NCBI RefSeq assembly: GCF_003918875.1
Contig: NW_025767309.1
Location: 558,001-622,000 of the forward strand
Source: Haliotis rubra
Taxonomy: Eukaryota
Direction: 5' to 3'
DNA length: 64,000 nucleotides
Shown: in pieces, positions 25,057 through 38,537 of the stretch
How the letters are laid out: the number at the start of each line of letters is the position of its first letter
Position numbering within the stretch: the stretch's first letter is position 1
Notes under the pieces: generated by a model
Told to the model about the DNA's origin: nothing
Databases searched by the model: none
Seen by the model: only the letters and a program-made list of their open reading frames with translations
Position numbers and translations under genes: made by a program

Positions 25057-25831
25057 TTTACTTTTGAAGTTGAAGTAAGCTCAGTGACCAGAGACCATGT
25101 CTCACTGGCAATTATATTTGAAACATACGGACATGAGTTTGTAAATAGGGTTCAACAAGTGTTTGGCATCTCACTGTGCTATGTCCTCTATATAGCAGAG
25201 ATATTCCTCATGGGATTGAATCCCAGGATCCCTGATGGTGCTTCATGGTTTGTCTGCACCATGCTGTCATCTTTACTCTGTAATGTAAATGGTTTGCCAA
25301 CCAAGCCAGAGGCCATTATAGAATGTGTTTTGAGATTATTCGAGGAAAGAATATTAGTTATAAGCAGAAAGACACCTTTTGCTTAGTCTTGTGTGAAACA
25401 TTAATTATAAATATATAGCAAAACATCATCCTCATCATTTGTGAATCAGATACTGGTGTAAGACAGATAGTTTGCCTGTTCAGTATTTGGTGGGATACTT
25501 ACCAACTCAATAAAATTCACTGTTTCTGTTCAAAACCATGTGCGCATGTGTGTGTCTAAACCCTAGAAAACACCAAGTTTAGTGGAGTCATAGTTTTGGA
25601 CTGTTTCACACTGACATTGGCAGCATATTGTAAAATCAATTTGATGAGCAATTTATCTCCAGCTTATCACTGTTCAAAGTTTTCAGTTTATAATATAGCA
25701 AACTAGACTGAATAATTAAACCAGGTAAACAGCACGGATTTAATCCAGCTTTGTACTATATTCCAACCATATCAGAGCAGCTATACCTAAGATTGGGTTT
25801 ACCACAATCAAAGTTCTAGGGATCTAACCTA

Positions 25832-26205
25832 TAAGGGTGGGTAGTGCAGAGAATTTTCATATTGCGATATATTGCATGCGAAAGCATGTATTGCAGTATA
25901 TTGCATGAAGTATTTCTAAACAAAAACTACTTATAATCCAGTTAATGCTTGAATTATAGAGGAAAAACACAACAAAATCACTATGCTTGATTAAGCTTTA
26001 ATAACAACTTTTAATCATGATAAAATATAAATGTGAATAATATTTGGCACAAACGAAACAAGGAAATATCGGAAGATTTTCAAGTGTTACGAAGTTTTCC
26101 GAATGCAAGTCAAAATACCGGTTTTCGATCAGCATATTGCAATACGTATCGTTTTCACGTCTGAACCGGTAAATACCGGTAAACCGGTTATATTGCGCAG
26201 CCCTA
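25832..26205. mobile_element. hAT-type MITE
   Basis: 8-bp TSD CTAACCTA at 25824-25831 and 26206-26213, TA(A)GGG...CCCTA ends, subterminal ACCGGT repeats. Confidence 0.75.
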
Positions 26206-27486
26206 CTAACCTAGAGGCAGAGGTGACCACTTCGTTACTCAACCACCAATCTGAATTTAGATAACAGGTATGTCATGTTGAAGACAGCTAACAACTCATT
26301 GAAGATAAACCCTGTGGGCATGGCACTTGAAGACTAACTTGATATGGTAGAGGTCATATCAAACTGACCTGTACAGCATTTGTGCAGCCAGTGAACAGTG
26401 TGCAGGTGTGAAACAGCTGCAGTCTTGTACACGACACATGTAATATCCTGTCAGCAGGAAATATGTGGGATGATAGCTGCCACACATGAGGCCCATGACA
26501 CACCCTGGACAATGAGTCCAAACAGATGCTGATTTTGAGCAGCTCAAACTAAAAATATCCAACCAAAACTATGAGAACTCTATCTCAAACTGTTTGATAA
26601 GAAACATACATGACCAAAATGACACTGGGGTTTGATCAAAGGCTTCCCCAGTGGTAGCTAGGCTAACCATCTTCATCTTCATTACGGTATAAAGGAGATA
26701 TATTAAATAAAAACTTCTTAATATGTGTTAAATGGTCAAACAGAATGTACATTTTCAGTTACTAAAAAGTGATATTATTGTTGTCTATAAAACAAATGAC
26801 AACTGCCCAAATCCCACCAGCAGTGCATTAGATAAATGTTAAATAGTCAAATACAGTATATAATTACCCATAGAAAAAAGTCCTATGTGATTTTATTGTT
26901 ATCTATAAAAAACAACAGACAACTGCCCAAATCCTACCACCAGCTCATATGCCTATTAAAATCCCAGCTAAGGTGTTTTGACGTCGATAATTAAATTAAA
27001 ATTTATCTTGGGAACTCTCTGTTTTACTGGTTACTGATAATGTGAAAAGTGTTTGTGTGTCAGTTTTACTAGGTAATCATGGATGTGTTTCATTGGACTT
27101 ATGTTTATTTTCAATCATTAATGATCATTCAAAGGTTAATCTAGGGTTTACAAATGGGTTATGTGACAAAAAACTGTTTCAGGATAGAAAATAGAAATAT
27201 GGTGCACATTCCTTCATAAATCATAAAGTGACAGGTATAGATGAGTGCTATATTATCAGTTTTATGTCAGTATCTTTTGTTAAACTATTGTCTGTCTATT
27301 TATTCGTTTATGTGTGACCCTCTCTCTCATGTACAGTAGTCAATGGCAAAATTATGTGTGTTTTGGGACAACAGTAGTAGAGTGCTTATTGCTAGCTAAA
27401 TGTCAGTCACTATTATACATCTCTATATCAATGAAGTACCACTTTTAAAACCACCCATAGCTAGCCCACATGTTATGTTTGGGATT

Positions 27487-27683
27487 TGTGGAAGTTCGCT
27501 GGCTGAGTGGGTTAGATGGCTGACTTTGTGTGCTGGCGATTTGGTGCCTGACTCTGAGGATTCAAATCCCAGATTGGACTCAACCCAATAAAAGTACTAG
27601 AATCTGTACTTTAGTCAGAAAATGTAATCCCAAACATAACATGAGTTACATTTGATCACTTTCTAAATGGCACTGTGTATTCA
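27487..27683 (-). mobile_element. Diverged solo copy of the 295-bp element
   Basis: Reverse-complement homology to 60930-61130 (gctgagtgggttag...gcctgactctgagg...aaagtactagaat...ttctaaatggca). Confidence 0.8.
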
Positions 27684-28719
27684 AACGGGCTATGTGACAA
27701 AAAGCTGTTTCAGCTCAGAAAATAGGAATGTGATGTACATTCTTTCATAAATTATAAAGTGACAGGTATTATCAGTATTATTATCTGTGCAGTATTATCA
27801 GTTTTATGTCATTATCTTTTGTTCAACAATTGTCTGTCTCAAACTGTTATCATGTATTAAATTTATCTTAGAAGAATATAGTCGCTTTTGTACCATGGTA
27901 TAGATTAAGACTAAAGACACTTTCGCCTGAACTATTTTTAACGTTAAAGCACTCGGATGCAAGCGTCTTCGTGACTTTAACTATAATAGTTCAGGGCGAA
28001 AGTGTGCTTTATTACACTGTACATGGTGGTAGAGCGAACTGTATTTCTTAAATGTGTGTCTCTCTTACATGCAGTAGTCAATGGCAAAATGTAAGCTGAT
28101 GTATAAAAGACAGTAAACACTTGAGGGGGATAGTGATAGTCTATTGCAACATTCTATTGCGACCAAATATTGCAATACTATTGGATTAGTCTTTTTCTCT
28201 TTGAATTGTCTCAGTTTTAGTCTCTTTTACTAACTGACAAGAAACTTGAAACCCAGATCAAGTAAACAGTTAAAACAAACTTATTTTTATATACAATTTC
28301 AAACTCCAAGATGCATGCTGTGTTTGCCGCCATGTTTGTTTAAGAGGTAACAGGGGTGAATAACTAAAGATCTGGTACTTCCTGTATTTTGTGCTGCGCA
28401 TTTATCAACGGAAGACAATTACTAAACTATGGATAGTCACACATACTATCAGTGCATCAATATTTTTTCATTTCTACCATCGATTGATTGCAATCAGAGA
28501 CTCAACAACTGCAATCCATCGATAGTTCAATGAATCATTACAGCCCTGGTACACATGTGGTGCTTTGGGTTAATTCCCCCCACCACCCCCAAAGTGTTAC
28601 TTAACTAAACCACAGGGGCTTGTAATGCAAAAAAAACTGACCCAGTCAGTGATAATACATACCTTGATGCCAGATTTTTTTCTGTTACAAGCCCTGTGAA
28701 CTAAACAGTAAACTATTTA

Positions 28720-29215
28720 GAAAAGCGTTCTGATTGTCTGATTTACAAGTCTCTGTGTACATGTTGTGTACATCACATATATTGCACCCTGTTGCAGCGT
28801 TACTTGTGCCTCGAGTTCCTCACCCAACATAAATGATGATGTTGATGGGTTAATTACATGCCCTGAAATGGTCAAATGGCCCAATGACCCAGAATGCTGA
28901 CAGCTAGTCTTAGTCTCATCACTGTGGTCCACCTGATGCAGTCACCCAACTTTGTTAATGCTGATGACATTTCTGTGAGCCTCTGGTTGTGCAGATGGAG
29001 AATGTTCAGGTGATGGTCATCTTGCGGGATAGTCAGTCCTGGTCTTCCAGTTCTTGGACTGTCTCATGTCTGTCCAGTCTGGTAGATGCGTCTCATTAGA
29101 CAGATGACAGTCTGCCTCGTACAGATAAACATTCTGGCAATTTTGCTGTTCGAAGCTAACAGCTTCGACATTCCAATGGATTGTTCTTGCTCCTTTGCTG
29201 ATAATCTTGGTGTTT
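28720..29215 (-). mobile_element. Degenerate Tc1 transposase fragment
   Basis: Minus strand reads PRLSAKEQEQSIGM...IARMFICTRQTV...QTGQT*DSPRTGRP...HLHNQR, a Tc1 N-terminal HTH with stops. Confidence 0.7.
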
Positions 29216-29578
29216 TGATTTGTGCCTTTAACAGCTATATCACTAACAATCTCAGTCCACTGTGTTTAATACATAACAATTTGGCTATTAGCATCCCCCA
29301 TCTGATATTAGTGATATGAAAGGACATGTGTTCCTCAATTCAACTTCACTCCTGTAGTCCAACCATGGATTTTAGAGGCATGATCATATCACTCCTTGTC
29401 ACTTTCGGACCGCCTCTGTGGTGTAGTGGTAAGAGCGTCCGCCCGGAAAGCGGAAGGTCGCGGGTTTGATCCCCGGCCGCGTCATACCTAAAGACGTTAA
29501 AATATGGTACTTGTTGGTCCCTGCCTGGCACTCGGCATTAATGGGTACATCAAGAACTGGTCGGCTCAGAGTCAGTAT

Positions 29579-32361
29579 GGTTTAAACATATTAATTTCCA
29601 AAAGAGGAACCGGATTGGTAAACAAGCAGTATGGTGCTTATATGAATACCGCTCCGGAATACAGATATATTATAGATATAATAATCGTACGGAGAAAAAC
29701 ATGATATTAACAAACGATAAACAATAGCTTTCTGGAAATGTGACAATCATAAACTGTAACATAGCCGCTTTTAACGTTAGAACCATTAGTGTCGGAAAAT
29801 ACTTAATAGTAAGTGCAATTTCGTTTTTATATTACAACACAAATCTGCCTGACAGTACATTGAAAGAATGGATAGATTCTAATAATTCAACATTACCTTT
29901 AGTAGATCCATGAGAGTGGCCGTATAGCATTGATTTGATGTCATATCCTTTAGTATAGAAGTGCATTTTATGTCTTATGTCAGTGTAATTAACGCACGAA
30001 AAGAAATAGTGAATTGGATCTTCGTAACAGTAGCCACAAGAACAAGAGGGATTTGAAGATATAAATCGTTGATATTTATGTGTGTTTAAATCGCTGCAAC
30101 TGAGCCTGAGGCGTGAATGGATAATCTGACAGAATCTTGTTCCAAAGCTTAAATTGAAGTAATTTTGACTATTATTATTATTTTACCAATTAACCTGTTT
30201 CTTAAAACTACCCAAAGTAGCCGTTTCTCTATAATCGGTAGACAAACAATTCCACAATCTTACTGTATCTGGGAGAAATGACTTAGCATAACTTGCACTT
30301 TTACTATCGATAGTTTGGAGCTTCAAACGGTCTCGGAAAATGTAGCTTGTTGTGTCAGATACCTTAGGAGGGACGAGATCGCTCAGATATTTTGGAGTTA
30401 AATTATTAACCATCTTATAGAAAAACGTTAGTTTTTGGATGTTTATTCGAGTACATAGTGGTTGGAAGTTTGTCTCATCATAAATTTTGTTGTGACTCGT
30501 GCCGCGAACAGCACCGCAAATAGTTCTAAGTGCATCAAGATTAAGTTTTTCCAGTGTTAGTGCTTGCTGTTTGGTACAATTGTCCCAGATGTGACAACAA
30601 TAGTTGAAAATAGGTAAGATATATTGTTTGTACATTGTTTGTAAAGTTCTACGTGAGAGACGATATTTAAAACCTCTAAGACAGTTTACCATGGGTGCAA
30701 CCTTTTTAGCGATACAGTTAACATGGTCAGTCCAGGAACAATCGTGCTGTAAAGTAAGTCCCAAATGTTTATGGCTATTAACGTCATTAATATTACCATC
30801 CTTCATTGTTAAAGGTCACATGCAACCAAAAAATCAAACATAATTAAAACACAATTATCACTTCTTCATGACATATAATATGCATTGCTGATTATGAAAA
30901 AAGAAATAAACAAAATTATAAGCGTATAATCGCAAATCAAAAGTGCAATATTTTGTACTTGGGTTTACCTCCCTCGAAACAAAGCAGCCGGGATACCGAA
31001 CCCAGTCAGAGCGGATGGTTGTGCACTCAAGTGTAACGGCTGGTTCATTAGCAGATGCTGCCTTCACGGCTCATTGTGTGTGTATATATAGAGATGTTGG
31101 GCTGTATAAATACCCCCTTTTTTTTGTGTGTATAACATTTTGCAATCAACAGACATCATAACATGTCATGTGTTCAAGTATCACGCCTGCCTGTCTGTGT
31201 AATTACATAATGTGACAGAGACCGAACTCGGGCCATAAATCAATGCGTTTTGTTTATGGTGTATAGCCTGATTGGTGTTAAGTTCAAATTGCATGTGGTC
31301 AGTGATCGCAGTTGTGTATTGAATATTGTCATTAGCAGACAGGCAGGCAGACACACAGGTGTCAATAAAACAAGACATTGAGTTTTGTCTGTGACAGCGA
31401 CATCTATATCACAGTTAGAAATTGTGTCAACGCTAAATAATGACATTGCTTTTAAGTATCGAACTGAGAAAGTGACTCGGTAAGAAGAACGTGTGGTGAA
31501 ATAGACAAATGAAATTATATAAACAGTTTAGTTACTGTCATAACATATAAAAAAATGCTCGCTTGTGAGATATCAACAAAACATTAGGAAAATAGCTCAC
31601 ACCAAAGCCTTCACCGAGTATTCACCAGACAGCCTGCTTCCAAGTTGCGCAAACCTATTTCACTGCGCACGTGCTATGAGCGCAGCCCAGCTGTTGAAAC
31701 CCGTATTCCCCAGAAAAGTCTGGGGAAAATTAGTGAAACGTTTGAACTCCGATTTCGCGCGTTTTCATCGCGTTATTTTTCAACTTTATAAGTTGAATTT
31801 GCATTTTTGACGCTTTGTTTCGGTAAGTCCATACTGAAAGGTATCAGAATCTGCAAAGTTGTGTTTTACGTTGCATGTGACCTTTAAGTTCCGTTTTGGG
31901 CTGGGCTGAACTTTACGAGAGAATTGTATAGAATCTGTTTTATTATGATTAAATGTAACTTGCCATTTGTCAGCCCAATCAGAAATTTTACGTAGATCAT
32001 TATTAAGAGACAGAGCAGTTTCATCAGGATCATTTATTATAGCATAAAGTGATGTGTCATCTGCGAAGAGGCGGATATTGCTGTTTATTCCTTCAACGAT
32101 GTCGTTGATATAAACTATAAACAATAATGGTCCTAAGACAGAGCCTTGGGGAACCCCGGCTAGGATTGATCTTTGATCAGACGCGTAACCATTAGTAACA
32201 ACTCGCTGAACTCTATTGTCTAGATAACTCTCAAACCATTTCAACAAGTTACCCCCGATACCATAACGTCTTAGTTTATGTATAATACCTTTATGCCAGA
32301 CCTTGTCAAAAGCCTTACTTACGTCACAAAATACAGCCCTAATTTCCTTACCGCTATCTAA
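29579..32361 (-). mobile_element. 5'-truncated non-LTR retrotransposon (CR1/L2-group ORF2: RT plus C-terminal Cys/His region)
   Basis: RT motifs DVSKAFDKVWH, GVPQGSVLGPLLF, LFADDT and HKHLG. 7-bp TSD TCAGTAT at 29572-29578 and 32362-32368. Interrupted at 30813-31883. Confidence 0.92.
30813..31883. mobile_element. Non-autonomous Kolobok-type DNA transposon, copy 2, nested in the LINE
   Basis: TTAA TSDs at 30809-30812 and 31884-31887, same TIRs as copy 1. Excision restores the LINE frame (PKRNLTMKDG). Confidence 0.88.
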
Positions 32362-32662
32362 TCAGTATAATGTGTCTGAGTGGGGTATTCATGCTTCACT
32401 GCGGCATGGTATCTCAGTGGGCTAGCACTATAAAACCAGCTTAAGTCTGGGCTAGTACAAGTAGCTGTACATACACAAACACACATGCACGTCGTCATAT
32501 GAGCGAAAATATTCTCAAGCACGACGTTAAACCCAATTTCGCCTCACCTCACCTCACCATGTCACTTTCAGCACTGTTCATGTATTTAGTACTCTCTTCA
32601 GTTTCAGACAGCATGTTGACAGTGGCAAGGTGTGTCATTATTTTATCATTGAATGTTGACAG

Positions 32663-32760
32663 GCGACAGAGGATCCCAACGCCTGGAAGAAGGCCACCTC
32701 CATCTATGAGTTTACAGCCCAAGACATTGAAGGCAATGAAGTTTCCCTGGACAAATACAG
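32663..32760 (+). CDS. GPX4: GPX4 copy B exon 2
   Basis: ATEDPNAWKKATSIYEFTAQDIEGNEVSLDKY(R). ag/gt flanks. Confidence 0.93.
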
Positions 32761-33965
32761 GTAAATATATGACAATCAGATAACAGGAGATGCTGATACT
32801 GGTCCTGGCCATGATGTTTCTGAGCTATGCATTACCTCTGTGCAGGATGTGCTCTGTACAACATGTGCTCTGGACAAGATGTGCTCTGTGCAAGATGTGC
32901 TCTGTACAACATGTGCTCTGTACAACATGTGCTCTGTACAAGATGGGTGTTTATCAGTCTTCATAACACATGACCAATTTATCATATTGGAATGCAGGTA
33001 TTACAATAAACTCAAAGAAATGAAATTATATACTTGTTGTCTATATATGAATATGAACATGATCAATGAAAATAAGGAACTAAATATGATCTTGTACAAA
33101 TCATGCTATGTGTTAATTACTTAAATACTTGTTTACAGGGGTGGTTCTAGTTTCTGTTCAGGTCTCAGTGGATATCTTGCTTTTACTTCAGCCTCCAGTT
33201 TCTATATGTTAAGGGTCAGAATTTCATGCAATGTCGCTAACATCTAGTTAAGAACGCGTGATTACAATGTTTCTTGTCTGTGGGAACACACCCTGCTTTG
33301 TAAAAGCCTCTTTCATTGTATATGTGCATATCTTGTTTCACCTTTTGTATTGCAATAATGGGTATGAGGAATGTCAGCCACACAACCATAGATAAGCTGT
33401 TGCAATGGTGTCAACCTGCCACATGTTTGAAACAGATGGGTCATAACTATATGTATTTTTGAGGACTAATAATAAACTAATAACTAAACATTCCGTCATG
33501 CTGTATTGTGACAATATATGTTGAATATTGATTATAGTTTAATTCCTGTTAGGCCTTACAACATGTGTACAGGGTCTGTCAATTGTTGCACTGAATCCAA
33601 TATCACGTTTGCTGTTTCATACTGAACACATGTTAAATGGTCAAATATAGTATACCTATTCACACAGAAGAAAAATTTGTAAGTGACTTTAGTGTTATCT
33701 AAAAGCCAACAAACATCTGCTCTAATCCCACAAACTGTACATGTGCATATCATATTATAATCCCAGCCCAGGCAGAGATTTGGCTGTGACGTCATAGTGG
33801 AGAGGCGTCTGCCATTTCCCTTTGTTTACAGTGCAATCATCTACATGATGATGAAGTAATTTTTCCGTTATCCTTGTTGTGTAGCAGATCCTAGATGTGA
33901 TGTTGTATTGCATGGGGGGTGCAGTTCATCAAATAAGGTACAAAGTGTCATATCTTGAGACATCC

Positions 33966-34443
33966 CATCCTCGATAATCTCCAGGGTATACGTTCTGATA
34001 AATCTTTGCCCTGGATTCATCTATGACTCGGCCCGATAATTTTATTACCTCCCTTTGCTGGCTCCGCATTCTCACAGTAGCCAATCAGCTAAGCCGCCGT
34101 TACAACTAAGCTTGCCAGTGTCAACAAAGACAGCGGTCGCACTCAGATTTTTGGGGAAAACATACAGACAAATTGACAGGTCTGAAACCTTAATAAATAT
34201 ATGCAAGAACTCTTTCTACCTCCTTCAGAGTATCTATTCAACAATTTTGTTTCCAAGTTTTATCGGTTAGATAAAAGAAGCGAAAGTGAATTGTGATTGG
34301 TACGCTCAACTTCCCAGCGTAGACACCTGATTGGATAAAAAGCCAGCCAAGGGAGGTACTAAAATCATGGGGCCGAGCCGTAGATGCATCCAGGGTATAG
34401 TGGAGATTTATCGGAATGTATACCCTGGAGATTATCGAGGATG
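33966..34443. mobile_element. Mutator/MULE-like MITE
   Basis: Long TIR CATCCTCGATAATCTCCAGGGTATAC..., 9-bp TSD GAGACATCC at 33957-33965 and 34444-34452. Related decayed piece at ~11275-11590. Confidence 0.8.
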
Positions 34444-35299
34444 GAGACATCCAAGCTAAAGGACCAATTTACTGTGGAGGAAATTTTGCATACAGCAGTG
34501 TCTTGTATTCCTTGCATTTTGAGAGATCCAGACAAACTGGAGAAACGTGGTTATGAAAATGTGAGAGCAAAATTGAAGAAAGATGGCTTGTCAAATAAGT
34601 CTGAAAAGAAGTAACTTAACTAACATGATTTAATGATGGGAAAGCCTTTCTGATTATATTCACAACATATGCAGGGAACTTTTCTGCAATGTTTAGGAAA
34701 TCTATGGCAAACTAGTCTTGAGAATCTTGTGTGAATACGGTACGGTATATATACATCTGTGCATAAAATACGCACCACCCTGTATTTTTACCAATTAATT
34801 TTGTCTGAAATAAAAATTTGAAACTCTTTCCAAAAAATAACCTTTATAATTTGATAGAGCAAGCATTTAACATTTCAAAAACGAACATCATTGAAATTAC
34901 CATGTACTCTAATTAGGAAAATTGCCTATATTAGGTCTATTTCTGTCCTAAAACAAGTTACCTTATTTTGAAAAGTGAAAGTAATAATTGATTGTTGTGT
35001 GGCCTATAAATTCGTTATTTATTGTGAATGGATGAAAGTTTGTAAACTAAGATTGAGGAAAAGTTACAGTCAAACTAAAAAAAAGGAAAATTTTAAAGTG
35101 TAGTAAAAGTTGTTTTACAAACAAAACAAACAGGTTTTAGCTGTAAATATCAGTATCCGTCATCTTGGTATATAACAGAATTGTTATTTTTAGTCAAAAC
35201 TTAATTTAATTGTGTAGTTTGAGCAGGAGAGGAATAGTTATTTGGGGTAAAACTTCAGTCCCATCACATTTTCATCAACGTATTCTTTCATAAAGAATA

Positions 35300-35477
35300 G
35301 GGGCGGTGGGGTAGCCTAGTGGTCAAAGCGTTGGCTCGTCACGCCGAAGACCCGGGTTCGAATCCCCACATGGGTACAATGTGTGAAGCCCATTTCTGGT
35401 GTCCCCCGCCGTGATATTGCTGGAATATTGCTAAAAGCGGCATAAAACCAAACTCAGTCAGTCAGTCAGTCAGTCAG
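35300..35477 (+). mobile_element. tRNA-derived SINE family 1 (~150-180 bp), representative copy
   Basis: A box TAGCCTAGTGG, B box GGTTCGAATCC, tetranucleotide tail, TSD tcataaagaatag. At least 15 further copies, e.g. 3380, 7027, 9298, 11143, 15380, 17778, 18653, 19356, 39759, 45240, 50536 and 62313. Confidence 0.92.
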
Positions 35478-37095
35478 TCATAAAGAATAGAAAAGGTTAT
35501 AGTATTTGTAAAACTGTCAGTGGATAAAGCTTTTTTAACTACAGGTTGATCAAATTGATGGCTATACCCCAACTTTTCTGTAGCATCACATCTTATTTTC
35601 AAAATTGGGTGGTGCTTAATTAATGCATGGGTGTATATAAGCCCTAAAATCAATGAATTTTTCATTTAGATATTCATACATAAATGTTTAATACTCATGA
35701 CCATGTACATTACACACACCTTTTTTAAAATAAAGTCAGCCTATCTCCTATAAATAGAGAAGTGTTAGACATCGATAATGAAAATATATTGTAAAGGTTT
35801 TTGCCCCCTGAACTGCTTTTTATAAATAAATGACAAATTGCAAAATTGTCCGTTTAACAGGATAAACATGTGTGTGATGCACTGGATATGTATTTATTGT
35901 CAACCATTCATGGTCAGTCGGACCTGTGATGGACAGTTGGATCCGTGAAGATCTGGGTTAGAATTGGTCTTCAGTAACCTATGCTTGTCGTAAGAGGTGA
36001 CTTACACGATCTGATGGTCAGTCTTGCTAACTTGTCATCATATCCCAATTGTGTAGATTGATGCTCATGATGTTAATCACAGGAGTGTCTGGTCCAGACT
36101 CCATTATATATAGACCGCCACAATATAACTGGAACAGTGCTGAGTGCGGCGTTAAACAGCAAACAAACAGGAAGATTTTCCAAATGGGTTGTTGTGTGAC
36201 AAAAAGCAGTTATAGCGATAGATATTAATAATAAATTAGTGTGATGGGTATATTATAGTGTATATTATAAGTTTTATTTCAATTACTTGTGTTGAAATAC
36301 ATTATCTGTTTATTTATGTCTTCATTTGTGTTTGTTAGTGTGTGTTTCTCTATGTGACAGTCAATGATATAGTGCAGGATGTTTGGGTCAAGACTAATTA
36401 GTGTTTATTGTAAGCTAAATACTGGGCACTAAGGGACCATTATTAATGGCTACCGGGGGTGATGATGATTTTTAAGGGGGGTCACCCATTTTGTTCTGGG
36501 ATCTAGGGGGGTCATCAATTTTGTACACATGTTCTAAGGGGTCATCAATTTTGTACATATACATATTAAAAAGTCATGGTTATGAAATTAAGGGAGGGGG
36601 GAATTTGATTTTGTACATGACATGGGGGGGCACTTACATTGTACATAAATTTCAGGGGGGGTCATTCACATTGTACATGCTTCTCCATTAAGATTATCAT
36701 CACCCACCCCACTCCAATGTCTAGTTTAAAGTAGACACTCCTAGATCTACTATTTATTAGCATTTGTGTGTATGTTTATGTATAAATGTATAAACATGTG
36801 CTCATTTGTGAATTAATTTCTATGTAGGTATAGGTACACATACCCCACAGTCACGCTGAACACATAAAATATACCTGCGTGAAGAAGACTCGCCATTGTT
36901 TCATGATTTGAATGGGAGATAATTTTAGTTGGAAGTTAGTAAACAATAGCATAATATAAGATCGCCATCGTTTCATAAATTGGATAGGAGATAATTGTAG
37001 TTTGAAGTTAATAAAGAATAGCATTATATGAGATCTAGTCTAAATAAATAAAACATTCTACCAAAATTGCAAAGAAATGTTTGTTTATTTTCCAG

Positions 37096-37243
37096 GGGCA
37101 ACCTTGTCATCATCGTGAATGTGGCATGCAAGTGAGGATTTACTCAGAAGCACTACACTCAGCTACAAAAATTGTACGCCGATTATGCTGAGTCACAGGG
37201 CTTGAGGATCCTTGCTTTTCCATGCAACCAGTTTGGGGGGCAG
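37096..37243 (+). CDS. GPX4: GPX4 copy B exon 3, in-frame TGA (selenocysteine) at 37133-37135
   Basis: [49 protein letters not shown], containing both GPx signature motifs. Confidence 0.97.
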
Positions 37244-38388
37244 GTCAGTGTAGAGGCAATGTGCTATTCTTCATGGAATGGTGCCTGAAATAGGCTGAAT
37301 TGGAAGTCAAAGCAACATTTTTCAATTGTGTTTTTAGAGGTCAGAGTATGGACAAGACGATTTAATTGAAAAGTCGAAATGTATAAGTACGTTTGTTATG
37401 GCCTGAACATTATCATGTTACCTGCATCATGATACAGTGGCAAAGGTAGTTTTCATACTCTGGGTTGGTAACAGTCATAAGGAAACTGTATTTTGAATTA
37501 ACATACCAGTGAATTTCTCTTTGAATTTGTTTTTGAAAAATGTAAATTAGGGACCTTTCATAGTTTATGTCTAGGGGAGGTGATGATAATTTTAAGGGAG
37601 GGTCATCCATTTTGTTCTGGGGAGGTAGGGGGGTCATACATTTTGTACACATGTACTTGGGGGGTCAGCAATTTTGTGCATAAAAGTATTTTAAAAATAT
37701 GCTTAGAAATTAGGGGGGGGGGGCATTGATTTTCTACACGACATGCATGGGGGTTCACCTTCTTTGTACATAAACTTTAGGGGGGGATTCACATTGTACA
37801 TGCTTCTCAATAAAAATCATCATCACCCTCCCTGTAGCCATAAATCATGAATGTTAATTGTTTTGGGTTAAAGTGTGAAAATCTATCAGTTACTATTTAC
37901 TGAAATTTATATTTATAAGAAGGCCAAACCCTGATTGCTTGTGTACAACATACAAATCATTGCGTTTAGTGTGCTTCAAAACAGGGATGGTGGTGTCATT
38001 GTTAAGGCTGTGATACACTGGGTCTTGATGCAGTGGTTTTAGCAACATTATCTTAGACAAATGTCAAGAAAAATGTGATAATATGGAAACTTGTTTTTCA
38101 ATCTGCAATATAATTTATAATTACTAATTTACGTGCTGAAAGAGTTTGAAGAATGAATGATGTTGGGTGATAAATAAAATCTCACCTTTGTAGCCTATTC
38201 TCTATGTTAGGAACAAGAATGAGAAAACCTCTAGGATAGACATGCTTGATTAGAAAACCCCAACTCTTTGATGTGTCGTTTATCATTTTTGTAATACACA
38301 GGAATGTTTTTGCCATGTTTGTGCAGGGATGTTGGTCTGAGGGAGAACTGAGTGGTTGTTATATATCTTGGGGTTACATGTTTTGTAG

Positions 38389-38537
38389 GAACCGTGGCCG
38401 AACGACCAAATCCTAAGGTTTGTGAAGAAGGAGTTCCAGGTTGGGTTCGACATGTTCAGCAAGATTGAAGTCAATGGAAACAATGCACATCCACTTTTTA
38501 AGTTCCTTAAGGAGAAACAGAAAGGTTTATTTGGAAA
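38389..38537 (+). CDS. GPX4: GPX4 copy B exon 4
   Basis: EPWPNDQILRFVKKEFQVGFDMFSKIEVNGNNAHPLFKFLKEKQKGLFG(N). Lacks the oligomerisation loop, as in monomeric PHGPx. Confidence 0.95.

Noticed and set aside
35300-35380. tRNA genes
   Set aside because: The A/B-box sequences are heads of multi-copy SINEs with bodies, tails and TSDs. No proper cloverleaf, and no tRNA-Sec was seen.
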